Shown: piece by piece, positions 9,299 to 18,746 of the stretch
How the letters are laid out: each line of letters starts with the position of its first letter
How positions within the stretch are numbered: the stretch's first letter is position 1
Source: Sedimentisphaerales bacterium
Lineage (GTDB): Bacteria > Planctomycetota > Phycisphaerae > Sedimentisphaerales > SM23-30
Direction: 5' to 3'
Assembly: GCA_963663965.2 (NCBI GenBank)
Contig: CAXXFK010000011.1
Location: 160,001-224,000, forward strand
DNA: 64,000 nt
The notes under the pieces: generated by a model
Database searches by the model: none
The model's input: only the letters and a program-made list of their open reading frames with translations
What the model was told of the DNA's origin: nothing
Made by a program: the position numbers and the translations under genes

Positions 9299-11272
9299 AT
9301 GATTGATACTCAATCGGCAAAAATATCAAAGTGTAAAATAAGTCTGAGGACAAAATTATTTATCCCGGTTATTGTTTTATTTATCGCGTTTGTGTTGGTT
9401 TTGTTTTTAGTCCTGAATGGAAAAAATTCATCTCAGAACAGTCTTGAGGTAGCCAATCAACTGGAGAACACGACTCAGAAGGTGCTCGAGCTAAAAATGA
9501 TGATATCCGATTTCTATCATCAGCCCGAGTTTCAGCAGGATGATGTGGACAAAATCAATGAAGCGATGACGGAGATCAAGCAGGCGTATGGCGTCAATGA
9601 TCCCGAACTGGCAACAGCCATAGACGATATTAGGACGGACATGGAGAAAATTGTTGCCGCCAAATCTAAAAATAAAGAGATTTTACGAGAAGTGGCCGCG
9701 TCCATTGAGACATCTGTCAAAATGTCCAATAATTACATTGAACAAGTCGCCCAGAAACTGGCGGATCCGGACCTGGAAAAAGAAGTGACAAAATTAGAGC
9801 GAATGGTCATTATTGGCGCCAATATTAACACGACCAGTAATTTGCGAGTAAAAGATTTATTCAGCCAGATGGTGTATGACATCGATAAAAAAACTGAATT
9901 TTTCGATTACCTGAAAGTCTCGTTGGAAAATTGCAGAAAAGATGTTGAAAGACTGGCGGATACTCCGTTCGCCCAGCTACCGGTTGAATCTGAAAAGGCG
10001 ATTCTGGTTATCCATCAATATGCCGCTGATTATGTCAACAATGCGGTGTCAATGCAGGCCGCAAACAGTAATATCCAAACCATCGTAACCGATAAGATCG
10101 ATGGCTATAAAAGGGAGAATCAGGTTGTCCAGAAAAATACCGCCAATATCGTGGCGCGGTCGTATATCCAAATAGGTGGCCCGCTGCTGGCTTGCGGCCT
10201 GGTTATCGGAATCATTACCTGGATTGTCACATCAAACATCTATAAAGTGCTGCGTCCCGTCATTGCCTCGCTGGAAGACATTTCGACGGGTGAGGGTGAT
10301 TTGACCAAACGCATTGATGTGAAAAGCAATGATGAAATTGGCCAACTGGCCGGTTTTTTCAATACCTTTATTGAAAAGCTGCATAAGATGATTTCTCATG
10401 TGGCTGATAATGCCAAAAATCTGGCCGCTTCGGCCGAGGGATTATCGAATACATCCAATACCATGACAATCAATATCAAAGGAGTCAGCGAGAAATCCGA
10501 TTCTGTGGCAAATGCAACGGAGGCGATGTCTTCGAGTATGAACAACATTTCCTCCACTACCGAGCAGTTGTCGGCAAATGTCAAGACGGTTGCCGCTGCG
10601 GTGGAAGAGATGACGGCAAGTATCAGTGAGGTTGCCCGTAATGCCGAACAGGCCGCCTCTGTCGCCAACGATGCGGCGGGATTGGCTGAATCCAGTAATC
10701 AGAACATTAGCAAATTGGGCCAGGCCGCCGATGAGATTGGCAAGGTGGTGGAAGTTATTGAAAAAATTGCTGAACAAACGAATTTGTTGGCGCTGAATGC
10801 GACCATCGAGGCCGCCCGCGCCGGTGACGCCGGCAAAGGATTCGCTGTCGTCGCGACCGAAGTTAAGGAACTGGCCAAGCAGACTGCCGAGGCGACTCAG
10901 GATATTGCCAACCGAATCGGCGCGATCCAATCCACCTCCACGGACGCGGTGGTTTCGATGCGACAGATTGGCGATGTGATTTCAAAAGTGAACGGCGTGT
11001 CGCGGACGATCGCTTCTGCGGTTGAAGAACAGAGCATCACCACGAAAGAAATTGCTGAAAATGTGGCTCAAGCCGCGACGGCCTCGGAAACGGTTGCTGC
11101 CGGTGTAACGCAAACAGCGTCGGCATCCCGGGAAATAGCAAAGAACATTTCTGAGGTTAACTCTGCGGCGCAAGACAATGCGCAGGGCGCAACCCAAACA
11201 CAGGAAGCCGGCCAGAAACTCTCGATGCTGGCTAGAGAACTGCAATCATTGGTTGGACAGTTTAAGATTTGA
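9299..11272 (+). CDS. Methyl-accepting chemotaxis protein (2 TM, helical periplasmic sensor, HAMP)
   Basis: Two TM segments; [24 protein letters not shown]; signalling tip [37 protein letters not shown]. Confidence 0.97.
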   Translation: MIDTQSAKISKCKISLRTKLFIPVIVLFIAFVLVLFLVLNGKNSSQNSLEVANQLENTTQKVLELKMMISDFYHQPEFQQDDVDKINEAMTEIKQAYGVNDPELATAIDDIRTDMEKIVAAKSKNKEILREVAASIETSVKMSNNYIEQVAQKLADPDLEKEVTKLERMVIIGANINTTSNLRVKDLFSQMVYDIDKKTEFFDYLKVSLENCRKDVERLADTPFAQLPVESEKAILVIHQYAADYVNNAVSMQAANSNIQTIVTDKIDGYKRENQVVQKNTANIVARSYIQIGGPLLACGLVIGIITWIVTSNIYKVLRPVIASLEDISTGEGDLTKRIDVKSNDEIGQLAGFFNTFIEKLHKMISHVADNAKNLAASAEGLSNTSNTMTINIKGVSEKSDSVANATEAMSSSMNNISSTTEQLSANVKTVAAAVEEMTASISEVARNAEQAASVANDAAGLAESSNQNISKLGQAADEIGKVVEVIEKIAEQTNLLALNATIEAARAGDAGKGFAVVATEVKELAKQTAEATQDIANRIGAIQSTSTDAVVSMRQIGDVISKVNGVSRTIASAVEEQSITTKEIAENVAQAATASETVAAGVTQTASASREIAKNISEVNSAAQDNAQGATQTQEAGQKLSMLARELQSLVGQFKI

Positions 11273-11579
11273 ACTGTCTTGAGTTTGACGTATAGTTTAT
11301 AGTTGAAGTTCGCTGCCCGGCCCAATCTTTCTGGCGCGTATTGTACCCATGAGAACCTCTGATCTCTAAACGGAATGAGATACCCTTTACAATTGAATTA
11401 TCCCGTTGCGCCGGGAAATAACTAATGGACGAGTAATAAGTTATCTTTCGAACGATCAGGATTTTTCCTTATCCAGTCCACTGCAAATAAGTTGTAAAAA
11501 AATCGAACAAATAATACCGTAAACCACCATGATTGCCAAGGGCTATAAAGTATTATAATTACTCAGGGATGACTGCCGG

Positions 11580-12057
11580 CTAGTCCACCATATACTCACT
11601 CTCCACCACCACCCCATCGCTGGTCTTGAAGATAAGGGCCGTACAATTCCCCGCTTGCTGAGACAGCAGTGAGACATGAATCCTGTTCTCCTCTTCAGTA
11701 ATCCTGGGAAGCACATAACCGCTTCCATCATACGCCGCTTTCACAATTCGCACGATGGCCTCGGCTGGCGTCCCCACGGGGATCCTCAACCAGGCCGCCC
11801 GCAGTATCCGTTCCGAAGGAGCCGGCAGCACAAAATTCGCCGCCAGTACCCCAAACACCACCCCCCCAACCCAGACGGCCTGTTTCTTCTTAATACTCGT
11901 GGCCCATACCCCATAGAATAACAGAGCAGCCATAACACAAAACAATAAATATCGATAAGTAAACGCAACAACCCCCATCCACTGGTCCAATTCATACACC
12001 AACCATACCACAAAAAGCAAGCAAACCAGTCAATAACATAACCAGGAACGTTTTCAT
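11580..12057 (-). pseudogene. Membrane hypothetical protein with a +1 frameshift near the 5' end
   Basis: ATG 12057 with AAGGTG RBS gives MKTFLVMLLTGLLAF, then stops early. Deleting one base of the A5 run at 12012-12016 joins it to ORF 11580-12020 (VVWLVYELDQW...), which has about 3 hydrophobic segments. Confidence 0.6.
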
Positions 12058-12385
12058 ATCAAACACCTTACAAGTTTTCTTCTGTATTCAATTCCGAGGT
12101 TATATAATTCTTTATATAAGAACAGGAATTCCTTTTACACCTTGACTATTATATAAAATTACTTCCCCGAAGTCAAATCTACCTTTTTCAGTGTCGCTGC
12201 CCCAACTTTCACATCTCCGATCCACCTCCGGGGAATAATAAAACAGCAGCCGGGCCCATAAAGAATTCACTGATCCAATATTTCCATAATTATTACAAAC
12301 CAGTTACATACTTTTATGGTTCGATAGCGATATAATATCTATTATAGAAAAAAACCATAGATCCCAGAAAATGCAAGGTCTTACT

Positions 12386-13668
12386 ATGAAATACGTTACG
12401 ACATCTATCCCCAAAATAACCGGTCTGTTTCTGATGCTGGCGGCGGTGGGCCTTCTGACCGGGTAATGTTTATGGTGCATCCGTCGTCCAGATAACCTAT
12501 CTCCAGAACGACATTAAGGTCGGGAGCGCCACATATACGGGCAAAGATGGAGGCCCCGGATCAGATCCGCTTGATTACTGGGCATTGATCACCCGCCCGC
12601 CTGAAATCGTCCCTGTTGGTGTGACGATCATGCCGGACGAAAAAGACGAAAAAGTCGCCACCGTAAAGGGCTGAATCCGCATTTCCCTTACCATACGAAA
12701 TTCTATCAACATGGGTATCATTGAACTCGATTCACTTCGATTGCTCGAAACGACATGAAATCCGATGGCTGGTATGTTCCAGGCGACGAATATCAGCGCA
12801 TTCATAACATCATTAAAAACAGCTTGAAAGATACGATCACGGTGCAATACAAAAGGGTTACGATAAACTGTTCCAGGCGTTTTATATCTTGCCGGATAAG
12901 TCTGCCCCAGCGAGACCGGCGGTGTACTGGGGCGTACTCGGCGCCGAACCGCCTGTGGTTGACTTCATCAAGGTCCAACCCGACAAACCGGGCGGCAAGT
13001 TGGCCACATTGAGTGGCGATATCAAGATTGTACTGGATCCGAACCCCTATATTAAACTGGCTGGAAACGACCGCTATCCGGGACATGTCAAACTGGATTC
13101 CCTCAAGCTTGTTCGGAACCATCCAAACTCAAACAAATGGTACCTTCCGGAAGACGAACTGCGGCGCGTTGTCGGCCTGGTCGGCGTCACAATGCCCGTG
13201 ACGCAAACCGAAAATCAGACTCTGCCCAGGGATGTTCCGCCTGTCATGGGAACGGCAATTTTTGTTCCTGCTGTTGAACAGAAAGATGACCTCGAATGGT
13301 CGATCAGGCTTGCAGTACCGAAAGTAGCATGGCAGATAGTCGACAAGTTCCAACCGAAAAAACAATGGCCCAGTTTAAAAGTAACCGTTCAGGAGTCTAC
13401 ACTGGAACTTCAGATGGGACACCATCCAGAATCGCAATTGAGCGGGAGCGTTCAAAACTGGATTCTGGATTTTAACGGTAAAAAGCTAAACCGCGATGAG
13501 GCCAGGCGCCGACTTTCCGTAAAAAACGCCAGTACTCGTGTCGGTTTCAGGCAATATGCCCGATCCTTTTTACCTGCAATGCACGAAACCGGACACCCTC
13601 ATCGTAATACTGGGAATCCCTCACTATCCGGCCCGCAATGGCTCCCATGCCGGGCAGTAACGGAATAG
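12386..13668 (+). pseudogene. Degraded putative lipoprotein with an internally duplicated ~90 aa domain and a C-terminal PVLVS..PDPFYL domain
   Basis: MKYVTT...LAAVGLLTG*C (stop inside the lipobox); in-frame TGA at 12672; several frameshifts. Two copies of YW..PP..PD...K[VL]AT..G.I.I.L..G...LDSL.L..WY.P.DE..R. A +1 A at 13521-13526 hides TPVLVSVSGNMPDPFYLQCTKPDTLIVIL. Confidence 0.7.
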
Positions 13669-13775
13669 ACATCATTTAAGGCGTGATAGTCATGCCTGAC
13701 AACAGGATAGTACCACTCTTTTTTCCTTAATGTTCTCGATAAAACACAGTGCCTATTATTTTTCTTAAATTCCAC

Positions 13776-14054
13776 CTATTCTGCCTTTTCACACATCACA
13801 GGCAATGTAAAGGAGTATCCAGGATCAGGGTAAACGCCGTGAATCGCATATACGGCCACCTCACTGCAATCATCCCCCATCATGACATAGCTCGGAAAAC
13901 AAGACACATTCCCTGTGTCAAAAGCTGAAATCAAGTAATCTTTCTCAACCCAAAGCGGACCTGTTATCCCGGAAAACATCTTATACAATTCGATTTCTTC
14001 TTCAGTCGCATTCTGCCATCCCGTCAGAAATTTTATCAAATGTTGTTTGCTCAC
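13776..14054 (-). CDS. Hypothetical protein (possibly a fragment)
   Basis: 92-aa ORF with protein-like composition, GTG start, no clear RBS and no recognisable motif. Confidence 0.35.
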   Translation of the reverse strand: MSKQHLIKFLTGWQNATEEEIELYKMFSGITGPLWVEKDYLISAFDTGNVSCFPSYVMMGDDCSEVAVYAIHGVYPDPGYSFTLPVMCEKAE

Positions 14055-14336
14055 ATTAGTTTATGCTTGGGAACATAATATCCTGATGTACTTGTGATTT
14101 TTCATTTTGGCAAAATTTTATCTTGAATGGTATACCGTTTACGTTTGAAAAGACCCGCATGGACGTAAAATAAGTCTTTTACGAGGCATTACTTATGTTG
14201 CGAACGATTGGGCATTCCATCCCCATTGGGTATAAAATATTTAACTGGTTACAAATGAATGGTCTGGAATAATATCCGTTGCTTACCGATTTCACTCCTT
14301 AAATCTCCCGTCATCAAACGATAGAGTTCGTTTTAT

Positions 14337-14708
14337 TCAGTCGGGATTTAACAGCGTCTCAGAAACCAGATTCATCAGACCATCAATGGAATAAGGCTTA
14401 TACAGCGTGGGCAATCCTGTTTCTTCGATCTTTTCCAGAATCATAGGATCAACCGTACCGGTCATGATTATGACAGGAATCCGTCCGTGTTGATAAATCG
14501 CCTCGATCGCTTGAAGCCCATTGATATCATCCTCCAGAAAGACATCCATCAGAATGAGATTCGGTTTTAACAAGATGGCCTTTTCAATCACCGCCCGCCC
14601 CGTAGAGACGATGTCGCATATGACATACCCCATGCGGCTCAGGCATGTTTTGAGTAGAATCCCGATCAGGGCTTCATCTTCAGCTATGAGTATTGTTTTT
14701 TCCCCCAT
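14337..14708 (-). CDS. Single-domain response regulator receiver
   Basis: ILIAEDE, PNLILMDV (phospho-Asp), IPVIIMTG, LYKPY; overlaps the kinase stop codon. Confidence 0.93.
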   Translation of the reverse strand: MGEKTILIAEDEALIGILLKTCLSRMGYVICDIVSTGRAVIEKAILLKPNLILMDVFLEDDINGLQAIEAIYQHGRIPVIIMTGTVDPMILEKIEETGLPTLYKPYSIDGLMNLVSETLLNPD

Positions 14709-15772
14709 CGTTTTTCTTCCTTTTCAATGCTCAAAAAGTGAACTCGATAGGTTGTTCCTGTCGAACGGTCAATTTCTATCCGTCCTCTCAATTGCTGCAC
14801 CAGGGCGCTGATCAATTGAAAACCGAGGGTTACGGGCTCTTCGAAAGTAATATGTGCGGGTAATCCAATCCCGTTATCACTGTAAACAAGGCAATAATTC
14901 CTTTCAGCCTCTTCCCGGAGATCAATTCGAATAGCCGGTTCGGGGATATTGACAAAGGCGTGCTTGAGGGAGTTGGTGATCATTTCATTAACCAGCAGAC
15001 CCACCGGCACCGCCGTGTCAATATTCACGGCCCCGCAGGTAATCTGGATGATTGAATGTATGGTTCGATGGGGATTCGTCCAGGCTCGTATTAATTCCTG
15101 AGTAATCTGGGTCAGATAGGGCTCGACTTCAATGCGGTGCAGGTTCTTTGAACGGCAAAACTGCTCATGCACTACTCCCAAAGCCCGGATTCGGTCGGCA
15201 GTATCCTTCAAAGTCTTGCTGACCAGCTCGTTGTCAATGAACTCACCTTGTAACCGGATCAGGGAAGAGATCACCTGAAGATTATTCTTAACCCGGTGAT
15301 GCAGTTCCTGTAATAGAATATTCTTGTCGGCCAGACTGCGTTCAAGATGTTCTTCCATCTCTTTTCGTTGCCGGATCTCCTCCTGCAATGAACTGGTGCG
15401 TTCTATTACCTTTTGCTCCAGCTCCCGGTGATATTCATTCAAATATTCCAGCACCTTGATTTGCCGCACGACACCGGCATACTCTCCTTGATCAAATACC
15501 GCCAGAACTGCCAGATGATGCTGTTGCATTTGCACCAATGCCTCTTCCAGATTCGCCTCGGCGTCTATCACCGGACGCCGGCGCAGGCAATCAGCGATCA
15601 GGCGATGCTGAAACCTGACAACATCCAACGGAATCAGAATCCCTTGATAAACACCTTTCTTGTCAACCACAACAATATATCCGGCTTTCAACAGCGTCGA
15701 TTCCACAGCCTCAACACTAACCTCAGGCGGAAATACCGTTTGAGGAATTTCCATGAAATGCTTAACCTGCAT
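14684..15772 (-). CDS. Cytoplasmic CBS-pair sensor histidine kinase (HisKA_2 type)
   Basis: CBS-like N-terminus (VVVDKKGVYQGIL; LAVFDQGEYAGVV); H-box ELHHRVKNNLQVISSL; NEMITNSLKHAF; SDNGIGLP; LGFQLI. Start taken at ATG 15772, overlapping the upstream stop. Confidence 0.92.
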   Translation of the reverse strand: MQVKHFMEIPQTVFPPEVSVEAVESTLLKAGYIVVVDKKGVYQGILIPLDVVRFQHRLIADCLRRRPVIDAEANLEEALVQMQQHHLAVLAVFDQGEYAGVVRQIKVLEYLNEYHRELEQKVIERTSSLQEEIRQRKEMEEHLERSLADKNILLQELHHRVKNNLQVISSLIRLQGEFIDNELVSKTLKDTADRIRALGVVHEQFCRSKNLHRIEVEPYLTQITQELIRAWTNPHRTIHSIIQITCGAVNIDTAVPVGLLVNEMITNSLKHAFVNIPEPAIRIDLREEAERNYCLVYSDNGIGLPAHITFEEPVTLGFQLISALVQQLRGRIEIDRSTGTTYRVHFLSIEKEEKRWGKKQYS

Positions 15773-16121
15773 GGCCTTCGTCTTCGGATAACTCAATATT
15801 ATCGTAACTGACTCGAACCTTGAAATCCACCTTCACAATTTCACCCTTGACTATATATGGGAAAACCCGGTCCTTCAATATCTTCATGACTTTTTCAAGG
15901 GAAATCCGTTTGAGAATTCGCTTGTTAATGATCAGAATCTCAACCAGATCATCTTCAATCTCGATTATCTCAAACTGATCCGGCTGCAGCAAATTCATAC
16001 TTCCCGTCAGACCAATTTTACCATGCGGGGATTTCTGTGTGACAACCAGGATGTCCTGAAACGGCGGTACCGCTACGTTTTCAAATGACATGCTTAATGA
16101 ATAGTTCTTACTTCCATTCAT
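15762..16121 (-). CDS. Hypothetical protein, first gene of the kinase operon
   Basis: 119-aa ORF with an AAGGAA/AAGAG RBS-like site; overlaps the kinase start by 11 nt. Confidence 0.75.
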   Translation of the reverse strand: MNGSKNYSLSMSFENVAVPPFQDILVVTQKSPHGKIGLTGSMNLLQPDQFEIIEIEDDLVEILIINKRILKRISLEKVMKILKDRVFPYIVKGEIVKVDFKVRVSYDNIELSEDEGHAG

Positions 16122-16508
16122 CTCTTGATTTTCCTTTCACAGATGACCTTGGCTTAAAACGAAATGCCTAGTTTTTAGTTATAAAAACGAATAACTTTAT
16201 TACACTATAAGTATTCTACCTGCTGACATCTTTCTGAAGCAAGCAAATACTATAAACAATATAGTTCGAAAAGTGCGATACCATGGCATGATTCATAGGG
16301 TCGGGCATTGGCAACTAAACTTTTTCATAGGAAACCAGAGGAAACCATGGACAGTCATCGTTTTTCTGTTCCATTATTCTTGCCCCTTGCCATTTTTAAT
16401 GGTGACGGTCCTTAGTTTCCTGATGCGGTCGCGAAGATAATGATGTTTGCCATGTTATCTAACCCTAGGCCATGAGTTTCGTTTCTTAATGTCTTAAACG
16501 GAAGCCTG

Positions 16509-16536
16509 GTAGGATGGGCAAACTTGTTTTGCCCAT
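16509..16536 (+). repeat. GTAG-type REP hairpin
   Basis: GTAG G ATGGGCAAA cttgt TTTGCCCAT. Confidence 0.65.
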
Positions 16537-16559
16537 GCTGATCAAAACAACTTCCCTTC

Positions 16560-16685
16560 CACATCTTCCACATTCCTCCGGCAGGCTCAACGCTTCGGCC
16601 ACATCGCCGGCCATCAATCGTTCAATATACTCTGAACTGCCATATTTGGCAATAGTCGAATACGGCCACTCATCCGCCCGCTGGC
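16560..16685 (-). pseudogene. Probable C-terminal remnant of a REP-associated tyrosine transposase (RAYT/TnpA-REP)
   Basis: Minus frame QRADEWPYSTIAKYG resembles the conserved (E/D)WP(Y/W)SS RAYT tail. It is followed directly by a GTAG REP and cut off upstream at a 17-bp tandem duplication. Confidence 0.5.
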
Positions 16686-16716
16686 TTTATAAAACACAGG
16701 GCTTTATAAAACACAG
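16683..16716 (+). repeat. Perfect 17-bp tandem duplication
   Basis: GGCTTTATAAAACACAG x2. Confidence 0.95.
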
Positions 16717-17175
16717 TGATCATTATTTTGTTGACAACACCCAAAATCAACATAATTCTCTAAATAATAAACCATTAAGAACAAAACCACCGATTTTTCT
16801 TTCTAATATTAGCTGCTACAAAAAAATAAATCCACAATTATTATGTTGTATAAAAAAATACATAATATTTAATTTGCTTTCAAATATAACTCGGTCTATA
16901 ATCCCACAGTCGCCCCAATAGCCCTCAAACCATCCGCCTGAACCAGGCGTGCCTCGCCCCAACCGGCCACGCCCGCAGACTACCTCTGCGCATAGACCGT
17001 GGCACCTTCAAGCGTAGCAAAGCGAAGCTTGTGGGTGCATACTTGGCCCAGGAAGCTATCTGCTGCAGATCAGACCCAACCAGCCAATTTATTTGGCTGT
17101 TAATAAGGTACGACGAAATGGAAACCAGCAAAAACAACACAACCCGGCAACCCAGCCATAAAAAGGCTTGAAAAC

Positions 17176-17350
17176 GTAGCATGGGCTTCCAGCCCATGTC
17201 TTTTGTTCCCCGTAGATCATGGACAACCCCCGGTTGCCCATGCCGTAGGTCCGCCTCAGGAGGACGGATACCCAAAGCAGCCCAACGGGCCGGCATAAAA
17301 TAGCCCAGGGCAGAGCGAGTCCCGATCCATCGGGACGAGCGCCACCCTGG
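17176..17350 (+). repeat. Cluster of REP-like hairpins
   Basis: GTAGCATGGGCTTCCAGCCCATG (17176-17198), GTAGATCATGGACAACC..GGTTGCCCATG (17212-17242), GTAGGTCCGCCTCAGGAGGAC (17245-17265), and TAGCCCAGGG...CCCTGGG enclosing TCCCGATccATCGGGA. Confidence 0.75.
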
Positions 17351-17617
17351 GTAACGATCATGAGATTGAAATTTTTAATCCACGCCTCGCAGAGGCGTAC
17401 CGCCAGGATATCTCGCAAAAGAGATAGATAAAACTAATCATGAGCGCAGCGAATACCAACAAAAAAACGAAACAAACCCAACATGAAAAAACATCACTCT
17501 AACCTGAACAACGAACCGAACTTAACGAAAAATAAAACCAACATCCGCCTCTTGGCGGATACCACAATTTTGCATTTTAAATTCTAAACTTTAAATTTCT
17601 AAACAGGAGGTACTACC

Positions 17618-18457
17618 ATGTCATCGTCACTAAGAAGACTCAGAGCCAACCGTCGCAACGCCCAGAAATCCACCGGACCCAAAACCCCCGAGGGCAAGGC
17701 CATCTCGTCGAAGAATGCCATCAAGCACGGCCTCAGTGGCCAGGACCCCGCCCATCTCATTGTCCCCGGCGAGTCCGAACTCACCTACCTCGAATTCCGC
17801 GCCGCGCTCCTGCAAGACCTCAAACCCACCACCTATCTCCAGCGCCACATCGCCGACCAGATCGTTTCCGCCGCCTGGCGCCTTGAACGCCTCGGCCGCA
17901 TCGAAGCTGAAATGATCGACGCCCGCGTTTACAAACTCCGACTCACCAACGAAGAAATCCGCAAAGACACCGTCATCGACCAGCCCTTCGCCCATTCGAG
18001 TATCTACCTGCCCCGCCACAACGAAGTCGGCACCGCCTTCACCCTCGAAACCCCCGCCTTCAACTGCCTGGCCCACTACGAAGCCCACCTCAACCGAACC
18101 TTCCAGGCCAATCTTAAGCTCCTGCAAAAGTTGCAATTACAACAAAAACCAAACGAACCCAATGCCTACCCCCCAGAGTACCCATTTCCCGATTTACCCC
18201 GCGTCCACATCCCCGATCCACCCAGAATCCCCACACACCCCAGCGAAGCCAAATTGGCCCCCGAATACATCAAAGACCGACTCCCCGAATTGATGAAAGA
18301 CCACAGCGTAACTGACGACCAGGTCTTCAGTTACGCCTGCAACCGCTACGAAGCCCTCAACGATTTCGCCAACCAGAACGGCGAAGAAGCCCTCCACGCC
18401 CTCGGCATCCCCACCAAACCACCAGCCGACATCCCCATCCAGGAGGTTAAAAAATAA
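17618..18457 (+). CDS. Hypothetical protein of the ANRxNAxKSTGPKTxEGK..SxxNAxKHGL family
   Basis: AGGAGG RBS; N-terminal motif RANRRNAQKSTGPKTPEGKAISSKNAIKHGL; helical core AWRLERLGRIE; Pro-rich tail with NEPN. Confidence 0.85.
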   Translation: MSSSLRRLRANRRNAQKSTGPKTPEGKAISSKNAIKHGLSGQDPAHLIVPGESELTYLEFRAALLQDLKPTTYLQRHIADQIVSAAWRLERLGRIEAEMIDARVYKLRLTNEEIRKDTVIDQPFAHSSIYLPRHNEVGTAFTLETPAFNCLAHYEAHLNRTFQANLKLLQKLQLQQKPNEPNAYPPEYPFPDLPRVHIPDPPRIPTHPSEAKLAPEYIKDRLPELMKDHSVTDDQVFSYACNRYEALNDFANQNGEEALHALGIPTKPPADIPIQEVKK

Positions 18458-18683
18458 GGGTACCAAAAACCGTTACAAATACGAAGATTTATTCACGGAT
18501 CAGGCATTTTAGCTGATTCGCACGGAGCCAATGCGCAACGACTACCAGGCAGTCATTAACAACTGGAAAATCCATGCTGAACCGTAAATGAATTAACTCA
18601 ATGCAAGATAATTTTAAGATGCCATTGATCGAACTTGTCAAAACCCGATGGCTCTCCCTTAAAAACTGATCAGGTATCCATAT

Positions 18684-18718
18684 AAAAAAAGACCTGACAA
18701 TTTATACCGTCAGGCCTT
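18684..18718 (-). terminator. Rho-independent terminator of the HEAT-repeat gene
   Basis: AAAAAAA-GACCTGAC..GTCAGGCC hairpin, U-tract on the minus strand. Confidence 0.65.
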
Positions 18719-18746
18719 TGGTTTATCATCAATTATAATATTGCGG

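Noticed and set aside
12672..12674. In-frame TGA as selenocysteine or recoding
   Set aside because: It aligns with Asp in the duplicate domain, the gene has other lesions, and TGA is a normal stop elsewhere in the window (ftsK, gcvPB).
16514..17418. ORFs 16514-16921, 16925-17296 and 17089-17418
   Set aside because: They run through REP hairpins and AT-rich spacer, lack an RBS or motifs, and are likely spurious.
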